64,000 nucleotides of DNA, taken from the NCBI RefSeq assembly GCF_022045235.1, contig NW_027266276.1, positions 9,362,001 to 9,426,000 of the forward strand. The letters run 5' to 3'. The translations under genes and the position numbers were made by a program. Within the stretch, counting starts at the first letter, position 1; each line of letters begins with the position of its first letter. Below the pieces are notes generated by a model. It was not told where the DNA came from and did not search any database. It was given only the letters and a program-made list of their open reading frames with translations. This document shows, piece by piece, positions 1-13,428 of the stretch. Origin of the DNA: Haliotis cracherodii (lineage: Eukaryota).

Positions 1-2339
1 TAACGATAACATCTTTTATAATTCTTCTTATCTCCTAGGAGGGTTGCATATAGGCCATGTTGTGAGTATATTAAACCACCACAAAACTTCCTTTGTTAAT
101 AATCATTCAGTTGGCAACACATGTGAAACGCTATGTGACTTTAATATAATAATGGCATCGGCTTTACCGTTGGGACTGTGGTCCCCCAGCTATTTTGTTA
201 TTGCATTAAGCTTCCACCAATAGGTACCTGGGAAACGAAGAGCTCATGGGTCTGTGTGCTGTCGCTGAATCCAACACCGAGCGACCTTTTGTGTACTGTG
301 CGACATAGCACGGCGTAAAGCGGTTTGAGGATTGTCCCCATCTAATGCACAATCAAATACACGGCAAGGCTGACTTATTTCCCAGACCTGTAAGCAATCA
401 ATGATAACCAGGTTTTCTGACCAGAGTGACGAGAGGACAAATCAAAACAAGTCTGCCATCTCGTGGTCTCTGTCTGGCGAGAAGCTAACATGATTAAAAA
501 GATCTTTCAAATATAAGGAAAACAGATGAGACATGAAATGTCTTATTCTTCCATGCCACACCGCGGAGCCATAAAGCACTTTTAGCTTGGGAACAGGTAA
601 GGAATTGCTCAGGGATAATGCTGGCTCTGAATTGCTGCATTGTAGGTTTCAACACCAGCTCGACTTCAAAGTCCCAATGGCCCTTTCCAGTATTAGAAGG
701 TCGTTGTCCGCCAGGAGTCGTAATTGTATTAAATCCATTATTCTCTTTGGCAGATTCGAGACCAATGTTTCCACTACGTAAATGAAAGAGGGAGAGCGTT
801 TTATTGGACACCGGTTCCATGTCATTCCTTCATGGGCAAGTCTCTGGTCCCATCGAGCTATAACATAACTGTAAAAGTCGAGAAATAGGGACTTGCATCA
901 CAGTGTGTTCTAAACAAACTATTGCTCACTCTGAATCACTGGTGTCAGGGTTTGAATGATTGGTCGCAATAAACGCCACTTGTCTACAGTGGGTGGGACT
1001 GTTTTGTTTTACGACAAAGATCGATAGTTATTAACGCAATGCGACAACTCTTCGGAAGTTAGTTGAGATTATGCACTAGTTACCTCAAAAGGCGTCTCGT
1101 TTGTTTGGAAGAAGGTCACATGTCACTTATGTGTTCACTGATAATTCTTTTAAGAACAAAAACCCCACAAGAAATATAAAGGAGTGAATCCAATTATTCG
1201 ACCAGTGTTGATGGTATGTTACTGACCAACAAGATGGTGGTGCGTCTTGCAGATCATCGCCCTCTGTGTTAGATGGGGATGAAGATTTGGATCAAGACGA
1301 ACGCGCCATCAGACAGTTTAAGTGCTTGCTTATTTTAACAAACCCCTGAGGTATTTTGTCCGTTCTGTACATGGGAATACTTGGTACTGACTTCATCGGG
1401 TAATATTGGTACTTATTCGTCTATGTTTACAGGTATTAGAACAGAAAAACGTTCAGCTACGATTCGTATTTTTTCATCGTAGTCTTTCGTTACATCTATG
1501 CTACATCTTTTCTCTGACCTATGCTCGTGGGTTCGATTATTTTCTTTCTAGGTTTGTCAGCACCATATCCGTGCTCGTGGGTTTCCTCAAAGGGGTAATT
1601 GTTTTGCTTCTGTATCCAATATTTATATATTTCGGTACTCAAAAGGCATTGAGTACATTACAAACATTATAATATAACAGCTATATATCTACTAAAGCGT
1701 TATTTATTTTCCATCTTATATTCAATAGATAAACATGGACATATTCTGCTGTGTATCATGGTTTGTAGTGCTTAGCAAAGACGTCATTGGATTTATGTTT
1801 GGATGGACATGATAATTTAATTGTTGAATCTATTTCTTAATTTTGTAAAAGCTGGACATGCAAGGGGGCAGTGTGACTCATTTTCGACTTCATTTAAATT
1901 ACACAGTTCGTAAATTTTCAGTTCACTTTAAATATTTATTTATTTCCCTTTTTCAAAATTATACGTAACGCAATAAACATCGAAAATGTGCTTTATTTAT
2001 CTTAACATCAAATATTTTACAGAAATTAGTATTGTTGAAATCTCCTAGAATATGGATATTCCTTAGAATTCCTATCAAAGCCTTTTGTGCTTTTAATTGC
2101 TGCATATTTTGCATGTGATGCCCAAGATTCATGTAGGTAAAATAAATAAATAATAACATGGAAAAATACACCCCCCAAATACTTGTATGAAATAGTATTT
2201 TATGGTAGTAAAGTACAGCCTTTGTAGAGCCATATTTCATGTCTTGATAGTTTCCCTCCGTTCTTAACACAGTAACCTTAGTTTGTTTTGTCCTTTTCCA
2301 CTGTTCACAATAATTTCCTAGTTCCTTAATTTGTTTCTG

Positions 2340-2835
2340 TTGTCCACCAATAGTACTTGTAATTAACCCAAAGTTATCTGCATGTACTAGAAAAAATAAT
2401 TAACTTTATCCTGGTATCATTACACCATTTTAGCAATAATATTTAATTTGGGTTTCTTCGTGTACAAGGAAAGAAAATAAACAGGGACTCGGTATACAAC
2501 CTTGTCTCACTCCTAGTTGTATGTCAAATGTTTCTGAAAAATAATGGTTATTCCATACACGGATTTCAACATTTTCATACTTGTTACTTAATATATTGTT
2601 CATTTTATAGCTTAGCCTACTGGAGTTTGAAAGAATCCATAGCGTGTTTCTTTATACATAGTCAAACGCTTTTGCGAAGTCAACAAATAAAAGCCTAGAA
2701 ATTTCCCCTTTTTACAAGTAGGTATCTTTGTACAATACTCTGAAATATAAACATGTTATCAAGTGTTGTGTAGCCTTGTCTAAGCTCTGCCTGTGATTCA
2801 TTATCTGTTTGCATTGTATCACCCAGTCTCATTAA
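2340..2835 (-). mobile_element. Decayed non-LTR retrotransposon (LINE) reverse transcriptase fragment
   Basis: Minus strand gives QAELRQGYTTLDNMF, LFVDFAKAFD, GVRQGCIPSP and LVHADN in the correct order, with frameshifts. Confidence 0.85.
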
Positions 2836-2845
2836 AATCAGATAG

Positions 2846-3371
2846 TAGTTCTCGCTGCGGCTAAACAAAGATCTGAGGGCATCCATTACGAGTCACGTCA
2901 TAACGACATTTCGTGAACTTCGACCGACCACTGAAACGACTAACAAGAAGTCGACATCAGCCAATTAGAAAGCAGCTTTTTCGAGCTTTACGGCACTCGT
3001 TTCAACCTGGCGATTTACAATTCAGACTACACTTGAATAATATGTTGACACAGTTCTCGATTTAAATTTTGAAAACTGAACAAACGAACATTCCGGAATG
3101 TCTAATATATGGTTGAGATTGTATGGCAGTGCTTCCCACGTACTGTGCAACGCCGACTCCGTTCAAATGTTTATCCCACGGAAGCGAGAGATGGACGATA
3201 ACTTTGACGAAATCTGTCGTACGGGCCGTAACTGTCGTTCGGAATACCCCGTGTTAACGTTTTCGAGGTTGCATGATTAGAAAACACATTTGCTTTTATT
3301 GGTCGGATGAAAGGTCGTTCTAACCTGACCCGTAATGTCCTCAGATCTTGGGTTAGCGATAGCGAGAATTA
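2846..3371. mobile_element. MITE-like element with ~70-bp imperfect TIRs
   Basis: Left end tagttctcgctgcggctaaacaaagatctgagggca...cattacgagtca...aacgac matches the reverse complement of the right end (taattctcgctatcgctaacccaagatctgaggacattacgggtca...aacgac). No ORF. Confidence 0.75.
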
Positions 3372-3834
3372 AGACCTATGTGGAGTGGAGTGAGCTGGGT
3401 TTAACGCCGCTTTTAACAGTATTCCAGTTATATCACGGCGCGTCAGCTTAATATGGGAGAAAAGCCCTATGTGAAGCAGGTCCCAGACGTTTACCACTTC
3501 GGTGAAACCCACGAGCACGGGTATGGTGCTGACAAACCTAAAAACATAATCGGGGCGAACCGGGATTCGAACCAACAATCATAGCACAGCGAATCGCGGC
3601 ACCTTCTGTTTTTAATGAGATTGTGTATCACCTGACATGAAGCATCTCACACGTCCCATTATAGTTCTGGAAACCCAACAGTAGAGAAACACTACGGTGT
3701 TTGCCCAGTCTCGGTCCAAGCTATTTACAAAATTAAACATGCTGTTTTCATGGGAACACAGCAGGGAAGAAAAAATAAATATGTATACTATGTCGCGAAG
3801 TGTGGCCCATGGGCGAAGTGTGGCCCATGGGCCT

Positions 3835-4105
3835 GCCCATGGACGAGAATATGTTCCTTTACTTGAAACTCATGTTTTTGTTTAGCAAATTCATAAATGT
3901 ATTTCTTTCAAGTATCATGACACAAATTTCAACTCATTTTTTAGTTAATTCAACGATTTTATAGCGTTATTGAAATATTTCGCCCATGGGCGAGAATATT
4001 TTCCTTTGCTCAAAACTCATGTTTAATTTCGCAAACACATGCAGGTGTTCTTACAATTTTCATGGCACATAATGTAACTCAATTTTACTTAATTCAACTA
4101 TTTCT
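3835..4105. repeat. Diverged tandem dimer, ~147-bp period, preceded by an 18-bp duplication
   Basis: gcccatgg(a/g)cgagaatat...aactcatgttt...ttaattcaac at 3835 and 3982; gcgaagtgtggcccatgg twice at ~3795-3830. Confidence 0.75.
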
Positions 4106-4129
4106 CCAACTGAAAGGGCTAACTCCACC

Positions 4130-4790
4130 AGATGGGCATTGCGGACCTGGTGTTACATTTAGGGGGTGATGCTCCTTCCTGTGCTACTGTTAAGCTATGG
4201 GCAGCGGAGTTCAAGAGGGGAAGTGAGAATATCGAAGATGATCCTAGACCAGGAAGACCCTTCAACTGCCACCACAAACGAAATTGTTGATGAAATATAT
4301 GATATACTTATGGATGATCGACGACTCACCGCGCGTCAATTGTCAATGCAGGAGTACACATAGTCTCATATCAGTTAGCTGAGAACATGGGAAATGAACT
4401 CGACATGACGAAGCTCCAATCCTCCGGACTTCTGATCGGAAACGCTCATCGTCTCTCGTGAGATGTTGCGTCGTTTTGACGAAGACCAAGCTGCTTTTTT
4501 AGATATTTGTAACCGTGGATGTATTATGCAGATGATGATGACGTCATTTCTGACGCGGAGACTTTTTTACACCACCGAAAGGAAGTCTTCACCGGTGCGA
4601 TCCAGGCACCCCAGCATTGCTGGCAGAAGTGTGTGGAGTGAGTGAGTGAGTGAGTTTAAGTTTAACGTCACATCGGCAATATTTCAGCCATATCGAGAAG
4701 TGTGTGGACCCCGGAGAGTATCATGTTGAAAACAAATAGCAACCAACTCCATAAACCAGTCCTTTAGAATTGTTCAGCCGCACGTCGTTC
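4130..4790 (+). mobile_element. Decayed, internally deleted mariner (Tc1/mariner) transposase
   Basis: VKLWAAEFKRGSENIEDDPRPGRP, TATTNEIVDEIYDILMDDRRLT, and C-terminal WQKCVDPGEYHVE once the 4638-4695 insert is removed. Confidence 0.85.
4638..4695 (-). mobile_element. Severely 5'-truncated retroposon 3' tail inserted in mariner, 13-bp TSD
   Basis: (GAGT)n plus tttaacgtcacatcggcaatatttcagccatatcg, flanked by agaagtgtgtgga on both sides. Confidence 0.85.
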
Positions 4791-4844
4791 ATCCCCCGTT
4801 AGGACCCTGGTTAGAATACTGGCCCTTTTTAGATGTGGTATAAC

Positions 4845-5125
4845 TCCCTAAGACTTGAAACTGGAAGATATGATAGATGTCCTTTATCTGAAAGAATTTG
4901 TTTCTATTGTAAAAACTTATTGAAGATGAATGTCTCGTTTTACTGCCATGCGCATTATATCATGTTAAACGATTTAACCATTTTAACAAGTGTTCCCAGT
5001 TTGAAGGTTTTATGTTCTTTAACGATAAGATGAGGTTAGTTTAATACTGACATACCATGAACTATCCTTTTTAACTGCCCAAACCTGCCATATTATCTTT
5101 AAAAAAACGTGCTGCCAATTTGTAT
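4845..5125 (+). mobile_element. LINE ORF2 C-terminal (CCHC zinc-knuckle) remnant
   Basis: LRLETGRYDRCPLSERICFYC followed by a frameshifted EDECLVLLPCALY motif. Confidence 0.7.
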
Positions 5126-6859
5126 ATTCCTACGTACTATATATTTAATTGTAATTGTTTACGAATTTATCTAATACCCTTCGTTCATAGATTGTTTTGT
5201 GGTATGCATAATAGTCTCTCGTAATTCCGCATGGAATGGTTCAACTTATTTTTAAGTATGTATGTGTATAATTTTATGCATCAAATGTTGAGGTGAGATT
5301 TTTATAAAGTATATGTCTGTCCCTTCCTTCGGTTGTATGACGTCAAAAGTCGATTGTCATTGTACCCTGACGGCGAATGGTATTCGACATAATGATAAGG
5401 ACTGGTTTATCTTGCTCAGACTCCATTATATACAGACCGCAGTCATTTTAAGGTGTATGTTTGTGTGTGAAAAGGGCAGGTGGATAGGACAATCTTTTTT
5501 TTCCCAGCTGTGTCCAACAAAATATATATTTACTGAGCACCGTCAAACAAGCTATTCTTTTTCACAAGGAAAACACTTTATTTGATGTTTGGGTTTTCCA
5601 CATTTTGAGTTTGTCATTGTTTTCACTGCTTTCAAGAAACCAATCATTTGGCGCATATTTCGGAATTAACTATTCATTTAAATGATCTTCCCACCCACCC
5701 TAATATAATAATAATATAATATCGGTGTAAAACAACAAATAATCAAAGTGTATAAAAAAGAACAATTAGAGTACGTCAATGTATATTGATGATATTATTC
5801 CTTATTGAAATAGTTGGAACGTTTACACCGATGTATATCTTAAGCAATCATCTCTGACAAATAGGATGCCTGAAGTTATACTCAACAGTAAGGGGCACAT
5901 TGTTAAACGCCTCTTTTAGCAGCATAACAAGCTTATCAGAGTGTGCCAGATTAACAGATCAGAGGGGAAATAAAGTTACTCAGGGGGTTGTACTTTAAAC
6001 CAACGTGGTCTGACATAGTACCGACAATTCTAGGATCATAACTTGAACGCATCTGGGATACGAAGCAACGAGCAGTTGATCCTGGCACTCTTAAGGGGCG
6101 CAGTTCTGCATAGTGGTTTGCGGCATCTTAGCCGCTGAATTACCTGAGTCCCTGAGTTGTAAGACCAGATTTTCGTTTCATGTACCATTGTATCGCTACG
6201 ACAGACGAAAACCTAGTAGTATGTTTAGGTAGGGGGCGACTGAAATTATATACACCAGGGCGACCAACACTCCCACTTGGTTCCTGACAAGTGCTTGTCT
6301 ACATGGCACATATAACCGTTGATCATGAAACGAATGTGCACGTGTCTTCATACTCTAACTGATGCCAAATAAAAGAGAGATAATCATAATAATACGAAAA
6401 CTCTACAAAGTCCGACTACATGATCAAATGTTTATGAATCACTATCACATGGTGATGATACGAGGTTTCAGTGAAAAGATGAGCAGCCCAACCGGTGACA
6501 GCCGACACACACACATGCAAAGGCACGTCAAATTTGAAAATGTCCTCCACGTAATTTTTAAAGAAAATTTTCCAAAGATATTGAGGCCTTGAATGCTATA
6601 ACTGATCAAAACTTTTGACGTTGTTTGAAATCCTCGTAAGAAGAGCATGCTTGATTGTGCCTCAGGAGGTTTGAAATGTTGACGAAGGCAGGAGCTGCTG
6701 GGATATTGCATTTTCTATGTCCAAATATTTTAGGAAAGTTCACTATTTGAAGATGTATATCAAACACCAACGACATAGAATACTGCGTCCTCAGTCTCGC
6801 TTTTCAGCAAAACGGATTCCATTGCACGTAAAAAGCACAATAACTGTGAAAAGTAAATG

Positions 6860-6945
6860 AATGGAACACTGAAAATCAGTGATGACACAAGGCACTTGCG
6901 GAAAGGGTAAGCATGTCCTGCCCTACCGGTAGCACCCGCCACTCA
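6860..6945 (-). mobile_element. Penelope-like element terminal fragment
   Basis: ggcgggtgctaccggtagggcaggacatgcttaccctttccg..cttgtgtcatcactga resembles the motif that follows Penelope RT remnants. Related cacctggtgtcatcact occurs at ~15100 and ~47570. Confidence 0.45.
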
Positions 6946-7507
6946 TACAATTTGCATTAAAACGTGAGTGCTTGTTTGTCGCCTGAAGTCATCCCTCTCG
7001 TCATACGTTCCTGAAGAAAGTGTCTTGCACATTGCATTCTCGGATTGTAGGTCATAAAGATCACTTTCACTACCCATGGTGGGAATACATCTGTATGGTT
7101 AGAGTTACACGACAAGCTGTCTTTTAAAACAAAAGTATCGACCAATCACAAATTCTGCCAATGCGGCTTTCGGGAAAATTGCATTGCTTTTAAATTAATT
7201 AAACTGTGGTCGTATATATGCATACGTTATGCTCGAGAATCACTGAGCAGTCGCTTTGCAACAAACTGATCTTGTCTTAAGATAATACCATTGAAGATGT
7301 AAGCTGTAAAACAGTCCAACATCCCCATTTCATTTGTAGGATATATGTTACAGTAAATAACTCAAGAAATGTCTTCACATTTCACGAAAACGTAGGCTGT
7401 GACCTTTAATGAGCAAATTCAATCAGTGGTAACAGATTATAGGAGTTTTCATGATGTTGAGTGAAACATTTTATGGCGAATAACTGTTGATGTGAGTATC
7501 CTGATAC

Positions 7508-7946
7508 NNNNNNNNNNNNNNNNNNNNNNNNNNNNNNNNNNNNNNNNNNNNNNNNNNNNNNNNNNNNNNNNNNNNNNNNNNNNNNNNNNNNNNNNNNNNN
7601 NNNNNNNNNNNNNNNNNNNNNNNNNNNNNNNNNNNNNNNNNNNNNNNNNNNNNNNNNNNNNNNNNNNNNNNNNNNNNNNNNNNNNNNNNNNNNNNNNNNN
7701 NNNNNNNNNNNNNNNNNNNNNNNNNNNNNNNNNNNNNNNNNNNNNNNNNNNNNNNNNNNNNNNNNNNNNNNNNNNNNNNNNNNNNNNNNNNNNNNNNNNN
7801 NNNNNNNNNNNNNNNNNNNNNNNNNNNNNNNNNNNNNNNNNNNNNNNNNNNNNNNNNNNNNNNNNNNNNNNNNNNNNNNNNNNNNNNNNNNNNNNNNNNN
7901 NNNNNNNNNNNNNNNNNNNNNNNNNNNNNNNNNNNNNNNNNNNNNN
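7508..7946. other. Assembly gap (N run)
   Basis: Run of N. Confidence 1.
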
Positions 7947-8130
7947 CTATCATCACCATCACCTACACTACCACCTACGTCATCACCTACTATCATCACC
8001 ATCACCACCACTACCACCTACGTCATCACCTACTATCATCACCATCACCCCCACTACCACCTATGTCATCACCTACTATCATCACCATCACCACCACTAC
8101 CACCTATGTCATCACCTACTATCATCACCA
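7947..8130. repeat. Minisatellite, 43-bp unit (CAC/CAT rich)
   Basis: catcacctactatcatcaccatcaccaccactaccacctacgt repeated about 4 times next to the gap. Confidence 0.85.
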
Positions 8131-8202
8131 ATCCACCAAAACACCTTCCACCACCCCTACACCACCTCAAACACACAACCTACCCCGATATCGTCCCCAC
8201 CT

Positions 8203-9483
8203 CATCGCCACCCTAACACAGTACAACATCGCCACCCGAACACAGTACCACATCGCCACCCTAACACAGTACCACATCGCCACCCTAACACAGTACTACA
8301 TCGCCACCCTAACACAGTACCACATCGCCACCCTAACACAGTACCACATCGCCACCCTAACACAGTACCACATCGCCACCCTAACAGAGTACAACATCGC
8401 CACCCTAACACAGTACAACATCGCCACCCGAACACAGTACCACATCGCCACCCTAACACAGTACCACATCGCCACCCTAACACAGTACCACATCGCCACC
8501 CCTAACATAGTACAACATCGCCACCCTAACACAGTACCACATCGCCACCCTAACACAGTACAACATCGCCACCCGAACACAGTACAACATCGCCACCCTA
8601 ACATAGTACAACATCGCCACCCTAACATATTACCATATCGCCACCCTAACACAGTACCACATCGCCACCCTAACACAGTACCACATTACCACCCTAACAC
8701 AGTACAACATCGCCACCCTAACACAGTACCACAGTACCACCCTAACACAGTACCACATCGCCACTCTAACACAGTACCACATCGCCACCCTAACACAGTA
8801 CCACATCGCCACCATAACACAGTACCACATCGCCACCCTAACACAGTACCACATTACCAACCTAACACAGTACAACATCGCCACCCTAACACAGTGCCAC
8901 ATCGCCACCCTAACACAGCACAACATCGCCACTCTAACACAGTACCACATCGCCACCCTAACACAATACCACAGTGCCACCCTAACACAATACCACATCG
9001 CCACCCTAACACAGCACCACATCGCCACCCTAACACAGTACAACATCGCCACCCTAACACAGTGCCACATCGCCACCCTAACACAGCACCACATCGCCAC
9101 CCTAACACAGTACAACATCGCCACCCTAACACAGCACAACATCGCCACCCTAACACAGCACCACAACACAGCACACAGTGGTACATCGCCACCCTAACAC
9201 AGTGCCACATCGCCACCCTAACACAGCACCACATCGCCACCCTAACACAGCACCACATCGCCACCCTAACACAGTACTACATCGCCACCCTAACACAGTA
9301 CCACATCTCCACCCTAACACAGTAACACATCGTCACCCTAACACAGTACTACATCGCCACCCTAACACAGTACCACATCGCCACCCTAACACAGTAACAC
9401 ATCGTCACCCTAACACAGTACAACATCGCCACCCTAACACAGTAACACATCGTCACCCTAACACAGTACTACATCGCCACCCA
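8203..9483. repeat. Minisatellite, 24-bp unit CATCGCCACCCTAACACAGTACCA, ~53 copies
   Basis: Directly visible; it generates the HRHPNTVP, IATLTQYH and CVRVAMWY pseudo-ORFs. Confidence 0.98.
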
Positions 9484-9582
9484 TCACGTCGGGCTTTCCT
9501 CCCACATTAAGCTGATATTAAGCTGGTATAACTAGAATAATGTTAAAATCGGCGTTAAACCCAACTCACTCACTCACTCACT
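9483..9582 (+). mobile_element. Family B SINE 3' fragment
   Basis: catcacgtcgggctttcctcccacattaagctga...ggcgttaaacccaactcactcac. Confidence 0.85.
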
Positions 9583-10000
9583 ATACCGGTACTGAATGTC
9601 TGCTTGCCCCTTTAAGTGTTTGAGCATTGGACTAACCGCGACGGTCGTGTTCTCAACTCAATACTCATAACAGTATCATGATTACTTCTCCAGAGAACGG
9701 CGAGATTTATCAATAAAATATTCTTCTCAAATGTCCGAACAAATAACTATCTCCAGTGGAAACCTCTGCTTTAGAAATTATGGAGAATGATTACATTAGT
9801 CCTTCAGCGTGTTGCAGTGTGTCCAAAACAAGTATTATAATCACAACAGTCAGCACTAATTTGGCATATGACATTCCCTAACATAATAATATCGGACGTA
9901 TCGTTCAAAGGAAGTTCAATCCACGCTAACGCCGTACTTGTTGTAGTGCTCCTCGGCTGAACCCGATTATTGGAGGGCGGGTTGTGTTTGATCAATAAAG

Positions 10001-10325
10001 GTAGGATGAGGTGAAATGGGGTTTAACGTCGCGTCCAAAAATACTGCACTTATATAGCGGTGTGTGTGTGTGGCTGCTTGTACTAGTCCGGACTGATGCC
10101 GATTCATAGTGCTAGCGCACTGAGATACCATGCCGCAGTTTAACATGAATACCCCACTCAGACACAGCATACTGACTCCGAGCCGACCAGTCCTTGTTTG
10201 AGCCCCTTAATGCCGAGCGTCAGACAGGGTAACAACAAGTAACATCTTTTAACGTCTTTTGGTATGACGAACCTCGTACCTTCCGCTCTCCGGGCGGACG
10301 CTCTACCACTAGATCACGGTGGCGG
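10001..10325 (-). mobile_element. Family D SINE (tRNA head + Meta/MESC-like core), full length
   Basis: A-box tggtagagc, core gtcataccaaaagac...ttgttgttaccctgtctgacgctcggcatta, tail gacgcgacgttaaaccccatttcac; TSD ttgatc(a/g)ataaag. Confidence 0.85.
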
Positions 10326-10477
10326 TTGATCGATAAAGTGAATAGGTAAACAGGGGTTCAACATGATATTATGATTGTGCAAGAACAGTTCCATCAGGTG
10401 CATGGACGTTGGGGTTCGAACCTAGCCCGTCAACATAAGGAGCATGGATGTCCTGCTCCGCTTTTATTATCCGACAT

Positions 10478-10683
10478 CGGGTGGCCAAGTCGTCTTAGGG
10501 GCCCCGATTCGCCGTGCAGAGTTGCCTCCCTTGGGCACGACATGAACCTATGATTATCGGTTCGAATCCCGGCTCACCCCAATTGTTTTTCTAGGTTAGT
10601 CAACACCATGAACGTGTTCGTGGGTTTCATCAAACTGTTTAACGTCTGGCACATGCATCACTTCGGGTTTAACTCCCACATTA
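10478..10683 (+). mobile_element. Family B SINE, diverged
   Basis: gggtggccaagtcgtcttagg...ggttcgaatcccgg...tcgtgggtttca. Confidence 0.8.
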
Positions 10684-10687
10684 AGAA

Positions 10688-10990
10688 CCCGTGAAGATCC
10701 GGAGTAGAATAGGTCTTCAGCAACCCATGCTTGCCGTAAAAGGCGACTATGCTTGTCATAGGCGACTAACGGGATCGGATAGTCAGGCTCGCTGACTTGG
10801 TTGAGGTACGTCATCGTATCCCAATTGCGTAGATCGATGCTCATGATGTCAATCACTTGATTGTGTGGTTCAGACTCGATTATTTACAGACCGTCGTCAT
10901 ATAGCTGGAATATTGCCCTATCCCGTTAGTCGCCTCTTACGACAAGCATGGGTTGCTGAAGACCAATTCTACCCCGTATCTTCACAGGTC
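10688..10990 (+). mobile_element. Family C element followed by an inverted family C head fragment
   Basis: cccgtgaagatccggagtagaataggtcttcag...gctggaatattg, then tcccgttagtcgcctcttacgacaagcatggg...atcttcacagg (reverse complement of head). Confidence 0.85.
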
Positions 10991-11467
10991 ACCATACTTG
11001 GGAGCGTGGTGACGATACTACTGCTTCTTGTACGGTTTCCTAGATGGATTGACACCATCCCATAGATGGCGATAGATGGCGATTATCGTGAATTTTAACC
11101 AAAATTAAAACAAACAAATATACTACGACTAAAAGGTAATAGGAATAAACTTCTCATCACCCGCTGACGCTCCCTTTTTCTTCTTAGGTCTGATTGAGCC
11201 ATTGACCTCTTATGATGACAATCACTGGATAATCTGATCCAGACTCGATTATTTACAGACTGCCGTTACATAGCTGGAATATTGGTGAGTGTGGCGTTAA
11301 ACAACGAACAGACAAAATTGGGATCGGTTGCTGTTGACACTGTTGGGGTTTGATGAGGTTTTCGAGTTTGAAAACATTGGGATGACTGGCAGCGATTTTG
11401 AGTGCACAACCACGATGTTGTACTTGTTCCGCCTTACTTCCATTATCAACGGCTTCAGGTCCTTACC

Positions 11468-11650
11468 GGGGCGGTCGGGTAGCCCAGTGGTTCAAGCGTT
11501 CGCTCGTCACGCCGAAGACCCGGGTTCGATTCCCGATATGGGTTTAATGTGTGAAGCCCATTTCTGGTGTCTCCCGCCGTGATATTGCTGGAATATTGCA
11601 AAAAAGCGGCGTAAAACCATACTCACTCGCTCACTTGCTCACTCACTCAC
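11468..11650 (+). mobile_element. Family A SINE (tRNA-Asp-like head)
   Basis: A box tagcccagtgg, GTC anticodon-like loop, B box ggttcgattcc, tail gctggaatattgc..gcggcgtaaaa(ACTC)n. Confidence 0.92.
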
Positions 11651-12620
11651 TAACTCAAGTCCTTGCCATCGAATACCTATCAATTTATGATAATGCATGT
11701 CTTTGAATGGCATTAGAAATGATACACATGAGAATTTATGGATGTCATCGTTTTTATTATGAGGAATATTTTCTCCTTCATCAGGTAAATGAATGCGAGG
11801 ATGCAGAGAGCATATATACATGTAAAAACAACAGTAATAAGATAACTAGAGTAACATCATTTAGTCCATGAAAAATTAAATTAAAAATTAAAATTACACA
11901 ATACTCTACTTGCCTCTGAAATTAAACAAATAATTTTCCTGAGGCTGATTTCATGTGGAATAGAGCTAGCTAGAGCTGGCTAGACTTAACTTTTGTATAC
12001 ATATCTAGATTTCATTTTTTGTCATAAAATAAATATATTCCACAGTCATGGCGCAGGACTAAACGATAACCTGTGACCAAGGTTGCTGTCCAGGCAACGC
12101 AGAAGGAAATTTTTTCTTATTACTTTTGACCACCTGTGGCACTGACTCATTAAGCTGACACGTCAGAATATAACTTTAAAAAAATACCCAAAGCGTAATG
12201 TGTGAGTGCGTGCGTGTGCGTTGTGGGGAGGGCGTCTGTGTGTGCGTGCGTGTAGTTGATGCGTGGTAGGGTAGAAGTGGTTAAGCGAAGAATGGATCAA
12301 ATTCGGAATGTCAAACGTATAACCAAGAAACGGAATGTCACTGTTGTATTAGTATTTCCACGATTGATTGCCGTGTTGCTTGCTAGTCGACAACCTAACT
12401 GTCACAGATGTACAATGGATATGGCGATCGCCTCCACACTGCCACCGGCACTCTGTACCTTGTGTGTGATCTGGGTGATTAACTGTCTGTCCTAACACGA
12501 ACTTAGATAACTAGAGACAACAACAGGATGCGCCCAACCCACGTACTGTTCGTATCACAAACGTGTATACCGAACACCGAAATTAGGGATAATGAATATC
12601 TGTGGTGATAATTTTATGTA

Positions 12621-12725
12621 CAGTAAACTACGGTTATAACGAACTCAAAGGGACCACTAATTATAATTCGTTATAACCGTAGTTCGTTATAAGCAAATGT
12701 ACGGATTATATACAGCAAAAAGACA
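12621..12725. mobile_element. Truncated Tc1/mariner(pogo-like) MITE end
   Basis: TA|CAGTAAACTACGGTTATAACGAAC terminus; aligns with the 57791-57963 MITE, then runs into the minisatellite. Confidence 0.75.
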
Positions 12726-12729
12726 TCAG

Positions 12730-13428
12730 ATGAATGTATCATCTACGTAGATGAAAGGGTCACTTACGGAGATGGAATTATCACTTACATAGATGAAAGT
12801 GTCACTTACGGAGATGAAAGTATCACTTACGTAGATGTAAGTATCACTTACGGAGATGAAAGTATCACTTACGTAGATGAAAGTGTCACTTACGGAGATG
12901 AAAGTATCACTTACGTAGATGTAAGTATCACTTACGTAGATGAAAGTATCACTTTCGTAGATGAAAGTATCACTTACGTAGATGAAAGTGTCACTTACGG
13001 AGATGAAAGTATCACTTACGTAGATGAAAGGGTCTCTTACGGAGATGAAAGTATCACTTACGTAGATGAAAGGGTCACTTACAGAGATGGAATTATCACT
13101 TACGTAGATGAAAGTGTCACTTACGGAGATGAAAGTATCACTTACGTAGATGAAAGTGTCACTTACGGAGATGAAAGTATCACTTACGTAGATGTAAGTA
13201 TCACTTACGTAGATTAAAGTATCACTTTCGTAGATGAAAGTATCACTTACGTAGATGAAAGTGTCACTTTCGGAGATGAAAGTATCACTTACGTAGATGA
13301 AAGTGTCACTTACGGAGATGAAAGTATCACATACGTAGATGAAAGTATCACTTACGGAGATGAAAGTATCACTTACGTAGATGAAAGTATCACTTACATA
13401 GATGAAATTATCCCTTACGTAGATGAAA
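12730..13428. repeat. Minisatellite, 21-bp unit GATGAAAGTATCACTTACG(T/G)A, ~33 copies, with 42-bp higher-order alternation
   Basis: Directly visible; units alternate gtatcacttacgta / gtgtcacttacgga. Confidence 0.97.

Noticed and set aside
240-1000. Coding-like minus-strand sequence (108-aa ORF), perhaps a transposase relic
   Set aside because: No motif I can name with confidence; needs a tBLASTx search.
7406-8017. Long ORFs of 163-337 aa
   Set aside because: They are open only because they run through the N gap and low-complexity repeat.
8203-9483. CRISPR-like regular repeat (also 12730-13428, 16185-16715, 38384-39385)
   Set aside because: Head-to-tail units with no unique spacers, no cas genes, and a eukaryotic context.
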